A stretch of DNA of 64,000 nucleotides, taken from positions 5,642,001-5,706,000 of the forward strand of contig OZ024742.1 of assembly GCA_964016885.1 (NCBI GenBank), read 5' to 3'. Positions within the stretch are counted from its first letter, which is position 1. The number at the start of each line of letters is the position of its first letter. Positions 37,801 through 49,800 of this stretch are shown piece by piece. The notes beneath the pieces are model-generated. The model searched no databases, was not told where the DNA came from, and saw only the letters and a list, made by a program, of their open reading frames with translations. The translations under genes were made by a program, and so were the position numbers. Origin of the DNA: Eledone cirrhosa. Its lineage: Eukaryota.

Positions 37801-40800
37801 AACTCCAGTGTGTGGTATGTCAGTAGCTCCAGTGTGGTGTGTCAGTAACTCCAGTGTGGTGTGTCAGTAACTCCAGTGTGTGGTATGTCAGTAACTCCAG
37901 TGTGGTATGTCAGTAACTCCAGTGTGGTGTGTCAGTAACTCCAGTGTGGTATGTCAGTAGCTCCAGTGTGGTTTGTCAGTAACTCCAGTGTGGTGTGTCA
38001 GTAACTTCAGTGTGTGGTGTATCAGTAACTCCAGTGTGGTATGTCAGTAACTCCAGTGTGTGGTATGTCAGTAACTCCAGTGTGGTATGTCAGTAGCTCC
38101 AGTGTGGTGTGTCAGAAGCTCCAGTGTGTGGTGTGTCAGTAACTCCAGTGTGGTGTGTCAGTAGCTCCAGTGTGTGGAATGTCAGAAGCTCCAGTGTGTG
38201 GTGTATCAGTAACTTCAGTGTGGTGTGTCAGAAGCTCCAATGTGGTGTGTCAGTAACTCCAGTGTGTGGAATGTCAGAAGCTCCAGTGTGTGGTGTGTCA
38301 GTAACTCCAGAGTGTGGAATGTCAGAAGCTCCAGTGTGTGGTGTGTCAGTAACTCCAGTGTGTGGAATGTCAGAAGCTCCAGTGTGTGGTGTGTCAGTAA
38401 CTCCAGTGTGTGGAATGTCAGAAGCTCCAGTGTGTGGTGTGTCAGTAACTCCAGTGTGTGGAATGTCAGAAGCTCCAGTGTGTGGTGTGTCAGTAGCTCC
38501 AGTGTGTGGAATGTCAGAAGCTCCAGTGTGTGGTATGTCAGTAACTCCAGTGTGGTGTGTAAGAAGCTCCAGTGTGTGGTATGTCAGTAACTCCAGTGTG
38601 GTGTGTCAGTAACTCCAGTGTGGTATGTCAGAATCTCCAGTTTGTGGTGTGTCAGTAACTCCAGTGTGGAATGTCAGTAACTCCAGTGTGGTATGTCAGT
38701 AACTCCAGTGTGGTATGTCAGTAACTCCAGTGTGTGGTATGTCAGTAACTCCAGTGTGGTGTGTCAGTAACTCCAGTGTGGTATGTCAGTAGCTCCAGTG
38801 TGGTGTGTCAGTAACTCCAGTGTGGTGTGTCAGAAGCTCCAGTGTGTGGTGTGTCAGTAGCTCCAGTGTGGTATGTCAGTAACTCCAGTGTGGTGTGTCA
38901 GAAGCTCCAGTGTGGTATGTCAGTAGCTCCAGTGTGGTATGTCAGTAGCTCCAGTGTGTGGAATGTCAGAAGCTCCATTGTGTGGTGTGACAGTAACTCC
39001 AGTGTGGTGTGTCAGAATCTCCAGTGTGTGGTGTGTCAGTAGCTCCAGTGTGGTATGTCAGTAACTCCAGTGTGGTATGTCAGTAGCTCCAGTGTGGTGT
39101 GTCAGAAGCTCCAGTGTGTGGTGTGTCAGTAGCTCCAGTGTGGTATGTCAGTAACTCCAGTGTGGTGTGTCATAGCTCCAGTGTGTGGTGTGTCAGTAGC
39201 TCCAGTGTGGTGTGTCAGAAGCTCCAGTGTGTGGTGTGTCAGTAGCTCCAGTGTGGTATGTCAGTAACTCCAGTGTGGTGTGTCAGTCGCTCCAGTGTGT
39301 GGTGTGTCAGTAGCTCCAGTGTGGTGTGTCAGAAGCTCCAGTGTGTGGTGTGTCAGTAGCTCCAGTGTGGAGTGTCAGTAGCTCCAGTGTGTGGTGTGTC
39401 AGTAGCTCCAGTGTGGTGTGTCAGAAGCTCCAGTGTGTGTTGTGTCAGTAGCTCCAGTGTGGTATGTCAGTAACTCCAGTGTGGTGTGTCAGTAGCTCCA
39501 GTGTGTGGTGTGTCAGTAGCTCCAGTGTGGTGTGTCAGAAGCTCCAGTGTGTGGTGTGTCAGTAACTCCAGTGTGTGATGTGTCAGTAACTCCAGTGTGG
39601 AATGTCAGTAACTCCATTGTGGTGTATCAGTAACTCCAGTGTGGTATGTCAGTAGCTCCAGTGTGGTGTGTCAGTAACTCCAGTGTGGTGTGTCAGAAGC
39701 TCCAGTGTGTGGTGTGTCAGTAACTCCAGTGTGGTATGTCAGAGGCTCCAGTGTGTGGTGTGTCAGTAACTCCAGTGTGGTATGTCAGTAGCTCCAGTGT
39801 GTGGTGTGACAGTAACTCCAGTGTGGTGTGTCAGAAGCTCCAGTGTGTGGTGTGTCAGTAACTCCAGTGTGGTGTGTCAGAAGCTCCAGTGTGTGGTGTG
39901 TCAGTAACTCCAGTGTGGTATGTCAGTAGCTCCAGTGTGGTGTGTCAGAAGCTCCAGTGTGGTATGTCAGTAACTCCAGTGTGTGGTGTGTCAGTAACTC
40001 CAGTGTGGTGTGTCAGTAACTCCAGTGTGTGGAATGTCAGAAGCTCCAGTGTGGTATGTCAGTAACTCCAGTGTGGTATGTCAGTAGCTCCAGTGTGTGG
40101 TATGTCAGAAGCTCCAGTGTGTGGTGTGTCAGTAGCTCCAGTGTGGTATCAGAAGCTCCAGTGTGTGGAATGTCAGAAGCTCCAGTGTGGTATGTCAGAA
40201 GCTCCAGTGTGGTGTGTCAGTAGCTCCAGTGTGTGGTATGTCAGTAACTCCAGTGTGGTGTGTCAGAAGCTCCAGTGTGTGGTATGTCAGTAACTCCAGT
40301 GTGGTGTGTCAGAAGCTCCAGTGTGTGGTATGTCAGTAACTCCAGTGTGGTGTGTCAGAAGCTCCAGTGTGTGGTGTGTCAGTAGCTCCAGTGTGGTATG
40401 TCAGAAGCTCCAGTGTGTGGAATGTCAGAAGCTCCAGTGTGGTATGTCAGAAGCTCCAGTGTGTGGTGTGTCAGTAGCTCCAGTGTGGTATGTCAGAAGC
40501 TCCAGTGTGTGGAATGTCAGAAGCTCCAGTGTGGTATGTCAGAAGCTCCAGTGTGGTGCGTCAGAAGCTCCAGTGTGTGGTATGTCAGAAGCTCCTGTGT
40601 CGTGTGTCAGTAGCTCCAGTGTGTGGTATGTCAGAAGCTCCAGTGTGGTGTGTCAGTAGCTCCAGTGTGGTATGTCAGAAGCTCCAGTGTGTGGTGTGTC
40701 AGTAGCTCCAGTGTGGTATGTCAGAAGCTCCAGTGTGTGGAATGTCAGAAGCTCCAGTGTGGTGTGTCAGTAACTCCAGTGAGTTATGTCAGTAGCTCCA

Positions 40801-43800
40801 GTGTGTTGTATGTCAGTAACTCCAGTGTGGTGTGTCAGTAACTCCAGTGTGGTGTGTCAGTAGCTCCGGTGTGTGGTGTGTCAGAAGCTCCAGTGTGTGG
40901 TGTGACAGAAGCTCCAATGTGTGGTGTGTCAGTAACTCAAGTGTGGTGTGTCAGTAGCTCCAGTGTGTGGAATGTCAGAAGCTCCAGTGTGGTATGTCAG
41001 AAGCTCCAGTGTGTAGTGTGTCAGAAGCTCCAGTGTGTGGTATGTCAGAAGCTCCAGTGTGGTGTGTCAGTAACTCCAGTGTGGTGTGTCAGTAACTCCA
41101 GTGTGGTGTGTCAGAAGCTCCAGTGTGTGGTGTATCAGTAACTCCAGTGTGGTATGTCAGTAGCTCCAGTGTGGTGTGTCAGTAACTCCAGTGTGGTGTG
41201 TCAGTAACTCCAGTGTGTGTTGTATCAGTAACTCCAGTGTGGTATGTCAGTAACTCCAGTGTGTGGTATGTCAGTAGCTCCAGTGTGGTGCGTCAGTAAC
41301 TCCAGTGTGGTGTGTCAGTAACTCCAGTGTGTGGTATGTCAGTAGCTCCAGTGTGGTGTGTCAGTAACTCCAGTGTGGTGTGTCAGTAACTCCAGTGTGT
41401 GGTATGTCAGTAACTCCAGTGTGGTATGTCAGTAACTCCAGTGTGGTGTGTCAGTAACTCCAGTGTAGTATGTCAGTAACTCCAGTGTGGTATGTCAGTA
41501 GCTCCAGTGTGGTGTGTCAGAAGCTCCAGTGTGTGGTGTGTCAGAAGCTCCAGTGTGTGGTGTGTCAGTAACTCCAGTGTGGTGTGTCAGTAGCTCCAGT
41601 GTGTGGAATGTCAGAAGCTCCAGTGTGTGGTGTATCAGTAACTTCAGTGTGGTGTGTCAGAAGCTCCAGTGTGGTGTGTCAGTAACTCCAGTGTGTGGAA
41701 TGTCAGAAGCTCCAGTGTGTGGTGTGTCAGTAACTCCAGAGTGTGGAATGTCAGAAGCTCCAGTGTGTGGTGTGTCAGTAACTCCAGTGTGTGGAATGTC
41801 AGAAGCTCCAGTGTGTGGTGTGTCAGTAACTCCAGTGTGTGGAATGTCAGAAGCTCCAGTGTGTGGTGTGTCAGTAACTCCAGTGTGTGGAATGTCAGAA
41901 GCTCCAGTGTGTGGTGTGTCAGTAGCTCCAGTGTGTGGAATGTCAGAAGCTCCAGTGTGTGGTATGTCAGTAACTCCAGTGTGGTGTGTCAGAAGCTCCA
42001 GTGTGTGGTATGTCAGTAACTCCAGTGTGGTGTGTCAGTAACTCCAGTGTGGTATGTCAGAAGCTCCAGTTTGTGGTGTGTCAGTAACTCCAGTGTGGAA
42101 TGTCAGTAACTCCAGTGTGGTATGTCAGTAACTCCAGTGTGGTATGTCAGTAACTCCAGTGTGTGGTATGTCAGTAACTCCAGTGTGGTGTGTCAGTAAC
42201 TCCAGTGTGGTATGTCAGTAGCTCCAGTGTGGTGTGTCAGTAACTCCAGTGTGGTGTGTCAGAAGCTCCAGTGTGTGGTGTGTCAGTAGCTCCAGTGTGG
42301 TATGTCAGTAACTCCAGTGTGGTGTGTCAGAAGCTCCAGTGTGGTATGTCAGTAGCTCCAGTGTGGTATGTCAGTAGCTCCAGTGTGTGGAATATCAGAA
42401 GCTCCATTGTGTGGTGTGACAGTAACTCCAGTGTGGTGTGTCAGAAGCTCCAGTGTGTGGTGTATCAGTAACTCCAGTGTGGTGTGTCAGTAGATCCAGT
42501 GTGTGGAATGTCAGAAGCTCCAGTGTGTGGTGTGTCAGTAGCTCCAGTGTGGTGTGTCAGAAGCTCCAGTGTGTGGTGTGTCAGTAGCTCCAGTGTGGTA
42601 TGTCAGTAACTCCAGTGTGGTGTGTCAGTATCTCCAGTGTGTGGTGTGTCAGTAGCTCCAGTGTGGTGTGTCAGAAGCTCCAGTGTGTGGTGTGTCAGTA
42701 GCTCCAGTGTGGTGTGTCAGTAGCTCCAGTGAGTGGTGTGTCGGTAGCTCCAGTGTGGTGTGTCAGAAGCTCCAGTGTGTGGTGTGTCAGTAGCTCCAGT
42801 GTGGAATGTCAGTAACTCCAGTGTGGTGTGTCAGTAACTCCAGTGTGGTATGTCAGAAGCTCCAGTGTGTGGTGTGTCAGTAACTCCAGTGTGGTGTGTC
42901 AGAAGCTCCAGTGTGTGGTGTGTCAGAATCTCCAGTGTGTGGTATGTCAGTAGCTCCAGTGTGGTGTGTCAGTAACTCCAGTGTGGTGTGTCAGTAGCTC
43001 CAGTGTGGTGTGTCAGAAGCTCCAGTGTGTGGTGTGTCAGTAACTCCAGTGTGGTGTGTCAGAAGCTCCAGTGTGTAGTGTGTCAGTAACTCCAGTGTGG
43101 TATGTCAGTAGCTCCAGTGTGGTGTGTCAGAAGCTCCAGTGTGTGGTGTGTCAGTAACTCCAGTGTGGTATGTCAGAAGCTCCAGTGTGTGGTGTGTCAG
43201 TAACTCCAGTGTGGTATGTCAGAAGCTCCAGTGTGTGGTGTGTCAGTAACTCCAGTGTGGTGTGTCAGTAGCTCCAGTGTGTGGTGTGTCAGTAACTCCA
43301 GTGTGGTGTGTCAGAAGCTCCAGTGTGTGGTGTGTCAGTAGCTCCAGTGTGGTGTGTCAGAAGTTCCAGTGTGTGGTGTGTCAGTAACTGCAGTGTGGTG
43401 TGTCAGTAGCTCCAGTGTGTGGAATGTCAGAAGCTCCATTGTGTGGTGTGTCAGTAACTCAAGTGTGGTGTGTCAGTAGCTCCAGTGTGTGGAATGTCAG
43501 AAGCTCCAGTGTGGTATGTCAGAAGCTCCAGTGTGTAGTGTGTCAGAAGCTCCAGTGTGTGGTATGTCAGAAGCTCCAGTGTGGTGTGTCAGTAACTCCA
43601 GTGTGGTGTGTCAGTAACTCCAGTGTGGTGTGTCAGAAGCTCCAGTGTGTGGTGTATCAGTAACTCCAGTGTGGTATGTCAGTAGCTCCAGTGTGGTGTG
43701 TCAGTAACTCCAGTGTGGTGTGTCAGTAACTCCAGTGTGTGGTGTATCAGTAACTCCAGTGTGGTATGTCAGTAACTCCAGTGTGTGGTATGTCAGTAGC

Positions 43801-46800
43801 TCCAGTGTGGTGCGTCAGTAACTCCAGTGTGGTGTGTCAGTAACTCCAGTGTGTGGTATGTCAGTAGCTCCAGTGTGGTGTGTCAGTAACTCCAGTGTGG
43901 TGTGTCAGTAACTCCAGTGTGTGGTATGTCAGTAACTCCAGTGTGGTATGTCAGTAACTCCAGTGTGGTGTGTCAGTAACTCCAGTGTAGTATGTCAGTA
44001 ACTCCAGTGTGGTATGTCAGTAGCTCCAGTGTGGTGTGTCAGAAGCTCCAGTGTGTGGTGTGTCAGAAGCTCCAGTGTGTGGTGTGTCAGTAACTCCAGT
44101 GTGGTGTGTCAGTAGCTCCAGTGTGTGGAATGTCAGAAGCTCCAGTGTGTGGTGTGTCAGTAGCTCCAGTGTGTGGAATGTCAGAAGCTCCAGTGTGTGG
44201 TATGTCAGTAACTCCAGTGTGGTGTGTCAGAAGCTCCAGTGTGTGGTATGTCAGTAACTCCAGTGTGGTGTGTCAGTAACTCCAGTGTGGTATGTCAGAA
44301 GCTCCAGTGTGTGGTGTGTCAGTAACTCCAGTGTGGAATGTCAGTAACTCCAGTGTGGTATGTCAGTAACTCCAGTGTGGTATGTCAGTAACTCCAGTGT
44401 GTGGTATGTCAGTAACTCCAGTGTGGTGTGTCAGTAACTCCAGTGTGGTATGTCAGTAGCTCCAGTGTGGTGTGTCAGTAACTCCAGTGTGGTGTGTCAG
44501 AAGCTCCAATGTGTGGTGTGTCAGTAGCTCCAGTGTGGTATGTCAGTAACTCCAGTGTGGTGTGTCAGAAGCTCCAGTGTGGTATGTCAGTAGCTCCAGT
44601 GTGGTATGTCAGAAGCTCCAGTCTGGTGTGTCAGTAACTCCAGTGTGGTATGTCAGTAACTCCAGTGTGGTATGTCAGTAACTCCAGTGTGGTGTGTCAG
44701 AAGCTCCAGTGTGTGGTGTGTCAGTAGCTCCAGTGTGGTATGTCAGTAACTCCAGTGTGGTATGTCAGTAGCTCCAGTGTGGTGTGTCAGTAGCTCCAGT
44801 GTGTGGTGTGTCAGTAGCTCCAGTGTGGTATGTCAGTAACTCCAGTGTGGTATGTCAGTAGCTCCAGTGTGGTGTGTCAGTAGCTCCAGTGTGTGGTGTG
44901 TCAGTAGCTCCAGTGTGTGGTGTGTCAGTAGCTCCAGTGTGGTGTGTCAGAAGCTCCAGTGTGTGGTGTGTCAGTAGCTCCAGTGTGGTATGTCAGTAAC
45001 TCCAGTGTGGTGTGTCAGTAGCTCCAGTGTGTGGTGTGTCAGTAGCTCCAGTGTGGTGTGTCAGAAGCTCCAGTGTGTGGTGTGTCAGTAGCTCCAGTGT
45101 GGTATGTCAGTAACTCCAGTGTGGTGTGTCAGTAGCTCCAGTGTGGTGTGTCAGAAGCTCCAGTGTGTGGTGTGTCAGTAGCTCCAGTGTGGAGTGTCAG
45201 TAGCTCCAGTGTGTGGTGTGTCAGTAGCTCCAGTGTGGTGTGTCAGAAGGTCCAGTGTGTGTTGTGTCAGTAGCTCCAGTGTGGTATGTCAGTAACTCCA
45301 GTGTGGTGTGTCAGTAGCTCCAGTGTGTGGTATGTCAGTAGCTCCAGTGTGGTGTGTCAGAAGCTCCAGTGTGTGGTGTGTCAGTAACTCCAGTGTGTGA
45401 TGTGTCAGTAACTCCAGTGTGGAATGTCAGTAACTCCAGTGTGGTGTATCAGTAACTCCAGTGTGGTATGTCAGTAGCTCCAGTGTGGTGTGTCAGTAAC
45501 TCCAGTGTGGTGTGTCAGAAGCTCCAGTGTGTGATGTGTCAGTAACTCCAGTGTGGAATGTCAGTAACTCCAGTGTGGTGTATCAGTAACTCCAGTGTGG
45601 TATGTCAGTAGCTCCAGTGTGGTGTGTCAGTAACTCCAGTGTGGTATGTCAGAAGCTCCAGTGTGTGGTGTGTCACTAACTCCAGTGTGGTATGTCAGTA
45701 GCTCCAGTGTGTGGTGTGACAGTAACTCCAGTGTGGTGTGTCAGAAGCTCCAGTGTGTGGTATGTCAGTAGCTCCAGTGTGGTGTGTCAGAAGCTCCAGT
45801 GTGTGGTATGTCAGTAACTCCAGTGTGTGGTGTGTCAGTAACTCCAGTGTGGTGTGTCAGTAGCTCCAGTGTGTGGAATGTCAGAAGCTCCAGTGTGGTA
45901 TGTCAGTAACTCCAGTGTGGTATGTCAGTAGCTCCAGTGTGTGGTATGTCAGAAGCTCCAGTTTGTGGTGTGTCAGTAGCTCCAGTGTGGTATGTCAGAA
46001 GCTCCAGTGTGTGGAATGTCAGAAGCTCCAGTGTGGTATGTCAGAAGCTCCAGTGTGGTGTGTCAGTAGCTCCAGTGTGTGGTATGTCAGTAACTCCAGT
46101 GTGGTGTGTCAGAAGCTCCAGTGTGTGGTATGTCAGTAACTCCAGTGTGGTGTGTCAGAAGCTCCAGTGTGTGGTATGTCAGTAACTCCAGTGTGGTGTG
46201 TCAGAAGCTCCAGTGTGTGGTGTGTCAGTAGCTCCAGTGTGGTATGTCAGAAGCTCCAGTGTGTGGAATGTCAGAAGCTCCAGTGTGGTATGTCAGAAGC
46301 TCCAGTGTGGTGTGTCAGTAGCTCCAGTGTGTGGTATGTCAGTAACTCCAGTGTGGTGTGTCAGAAGCTCCAGTGTGTGGTATGTCAGTAACTCCAGTGT
46401 GGTGTGTCAGAAGCTCCAGTGTGTGGTATGTCAGTAACTCCAGTGTGGTGTGTCAGAAGCTCCAGTGTGTGGTGTGTCAGTAGCTCCAGTGTGGTATGTC
46501 AGAAGCTCCAGTGTGTGGAATGTCAGAAGCTCCAGGGTGGTATGTCAGAAGCTCCAGTGTGGTGTGTCAGTAGCTCCAGTGTGTCGTATGTAAGTAACTC
46601 CAGTGTGGTGTGTCAGAAGCTCCAGTGTGTGGTATGTCAGTAACTCCAGTGTGGTGTGTCAGAAGCTCCAGTGTGTGGTATGTCAGTAACTCCAGTGTGG
46701 CGTGTCAGAAGCTCCAGTGTGTCGTGTGTCAGTAGCTCCAGTGTGGTATGTCAGAAGCTCCAGTGTGTGGAATGTCAGAAGCTCCAGTGTGGTATGTCAG

Positions 46801-49800
46801 AAGCTCCAGTGTGGTGTGTCAGAAGCTCCAGTGTGTGGTATGTCAGAAGCTCCAGTGTCGTGTGTCAGTAGCTCCAGTGTGTGGTATGTCAGAGGCTCCA
46901 GTGTGGTGTGTCAGTAGCTCCAGTGTGGTATGTCAGAAGCTCCAGTGTGTGGTGTGTCAGTAGCTCCAGTGTGGTATGTCAGAAGCTCCAGTGTGTGGAA
47001 TGTCAGAAGCTCCAGTGTGGTGTGTCAGTAACTCCAGTGAGGTATGTCAGTAGCTCCAGTGTGTGGTATGTCAGTAACTCCAGTGTGGTGTGTCAGTAAC
47101 TCCAGTGTGGTGTGTCAGTAGCTCCGGTGTGTGGTGTGTCAGAAGCTCCAGTGTGTGGTGTGACAGAAGCTCCAATGTGTGGTGTGTCAGTAACTCAAGT
47201 GTGGTGTGTCAGTAGCTCCAGTGTGTGGAATGTCAGAAGCTCCAGTGTGGTATGTCAGAAGCTCCAGTGTGTAGTGTGTCAGAAGCTCCAGTGTGTGGTA
47301 TGTCAGAAGCTCCAGTGTGGTGTGTCAGTAACTCCAGTGTGGTGTGTCAGTAACTCCAGTGTGGTGTGTCAGAAGCTCCAGTGTGTGGTGTATCAGTAAC
47401 TCCAGTGTGGTATGTCAGTAGCTCCAGTGTGGTGTGTCAGTAACTCCAGTGTGGTGTGTCAGTAACTTCAGTGTGTGGTGTATCAGTAACTCCAGTGTGG
47501 TATGTCAGTAACTCCAGTGTGTGGTATGTCAGTAGCTCCAGTGTGGTGTGTCAGTAACTCCAGTGTGGTGTGTCAGTAACTCCAGTGTGTGGTATGTCAG
47601 TAACTCCAGTGTGGTATGTCAGTAACTCCAGTGTGGTGTGTCAGTAACTCCAGTGTGGTATGTCAGTAGCTCCAGTGTGGTGTGTCAGTAACTCCAGTGT
47701 GGTGTGTCAGTAACTTCAGTGTGTGGTGTATCAGTAACTCCAGTGTGGTATGTCAGTAACTCCAGTGTGTGGTATGTCAGTAACTCCAGTGTGGTATGTC
47801 AGTAGCTCCAGTGTGGTGTGTCAGAAGCTCCAGTGTGTGGTGTGTCAGTAACTCCAGTGTGGTGTGTCAGTAGCTCCAGTGTGTGGAATGTCAGAAGCTC
47901 CAGTGTGTGGTGTATCAGTAACTTCAGTGTGGTGTGTCAGAAGCTCCAATGTGGTGTGTCAGTAACTCCAGTGTGTGGAATGTCAGAAGCTCCAGTGTGT
48001 GGTGTGTCAGTAACTCCAGAGTGTGGAATGTCAGAAGCTCCAGTGTGTGGTGTGTCAGTAACTCCAGTGTGTGGAATGTCAGAAGCTCCAGTGTGTGGTG
48101 TGTCAGTAACTCCAGTGTGTGGAATGTCAGAAGCTCCAGTGTGTGGTGTGTCAGTAACTCCAGTGTGTGGAATGTCAGAAGCTCCAGTGTGTGGTGTGTC
48201 AGTAGCTCCAGTGTGTGGAATGTCAGAAGCTCCAGTGTGTGGTATGTCAGTAACTCCAGTGTGGTGTGTAAGAAGCTCCAGTGTGTGGTATGTCAGTAAC
48301 TCCAGTGTGGTGTGTCAGTAACTCCAGTGTGGTATGTCAGAATCTCCAGTTTGTGGTGTGTCAGTAACTCCAGTGTGGAATGTCAGTAACTCCAGTGTGG
48401 TATGTCAGTAACTCCAGTGTGGTATGTCAGTAACTCCAGTGTGTGGTATGTCAGTAACTCCAGTGTGGTGTGTCAGTAACTCCAGTGTGGTATGTCAGTA
48501 GCTCCAGTGTGGTGTGTCAGTAACTCCAGTGTGGTGTGTCAGAAGCTCCAGTGTGTGGTGTGTCAGTAGCTCCAGTGTGGTATGTCAGTAACTCCAGTGT
48601 GGTGTGTCAGAAGCTCCAGTGTGGTATGTCAGTAGCTCCAGTGTGGTATGTCAGTAGCTCCAGTGTGTGGAATGTCAGAAGCTCCATTGTGTGGTGTGAC
48701 AGTAACTCCAGTGTGGTGTGTCAGAATCTCCAGTGTGTGGTGTGTCAGTAGCTCCAGTGTGGTATGTCAGTAACTCCAGTGTGGTATGTCAGTAGCTCCA
48801 GTGTGGTGTGTCAGAAGCTCCAGTGTGTGGTGTGTCAGTAGCTCCAGTGTGGTATGTCAGTAACTCCAGTGTGGTGTGTCATAGCTCCAGTGTGTGGTGT
48901 GTCAGTAGCTCCAGTGTGGTGTGTCAGAAGCTCCAGTGTGTGGTGTGTCAGTAGCTCCAGTGTGGTATGTCAGTAACTCCAGTGTGGTGTGTCAGTCGCT
49001 CCAGTGTGTGGTGTGTCAGTAGCTCCAGTGTGGTGTGTCAGAAGCTCCAGTGTGTGGTGTGTCAGTAGCTCCAGTGTGGAGTGTCAGTAGCTCCAGTGTG
49101 TGGTGTGTCAGTAGCTCCAGTGTGGTGTGTCAGAAGCTCCAGTGTGTGTTGTGTCAGTAGCTCCAGTGTGGTATGTCAGTAACTCCAGTGTGGTGTGTCA
49201 GTAGCTCCAGTGTGTGGTGTGTCAGTAGCTCCAGTGTGGTGTGTCAGAAGCTCCAGTGTGTGGTGTGTCAGTAACTCCAGTGTGTGATGTGTCAGTAACT
49301 CCAGTGTGGAATGTCAGTAACTCCATTGTGGTGTATCAGTAACTCCAGTGTGGTATGTCAGTAGCTCCAGTGTGGTGTGTCAGTAACTCCAGTGTGGTGT
49401 GTCAGAAGCTCCAGTGTGTGGTGTGTCAGTAACTCCAGTGTGGTATGTCAGAGGCTCCAGTGTGTGGTGTGTCAGTAACTCCAGTGTGGTATGTCAGTAG
49501 CTCCAGTGTGTGGTGTGACAGTAACTCCAGTGTGGTGTGTCAGAAGCTCCAGTGTGTGGTGTGTCAGTAACTCCAGTGTGGTGTGTCAGAAGCTCCAGTG
49601 TGTGGTGTGTCAGTAACTCCAGTGTGGTATGTCAGTAGCTCCAGTGTGGTGTGTCAGAAGCTCCAGTGTGGTATGTCAGTAACTCCAGTGTGTGGTGTGT
49701 CAGTAACTCCAGTGTGGTGTGTCAGTAACTCCAGTGTGTGGAATGTCAGAAGCTCCAGTGTGGTATGTCAGTAACTCCAGTGTGGTATGTCAGTAGCTCC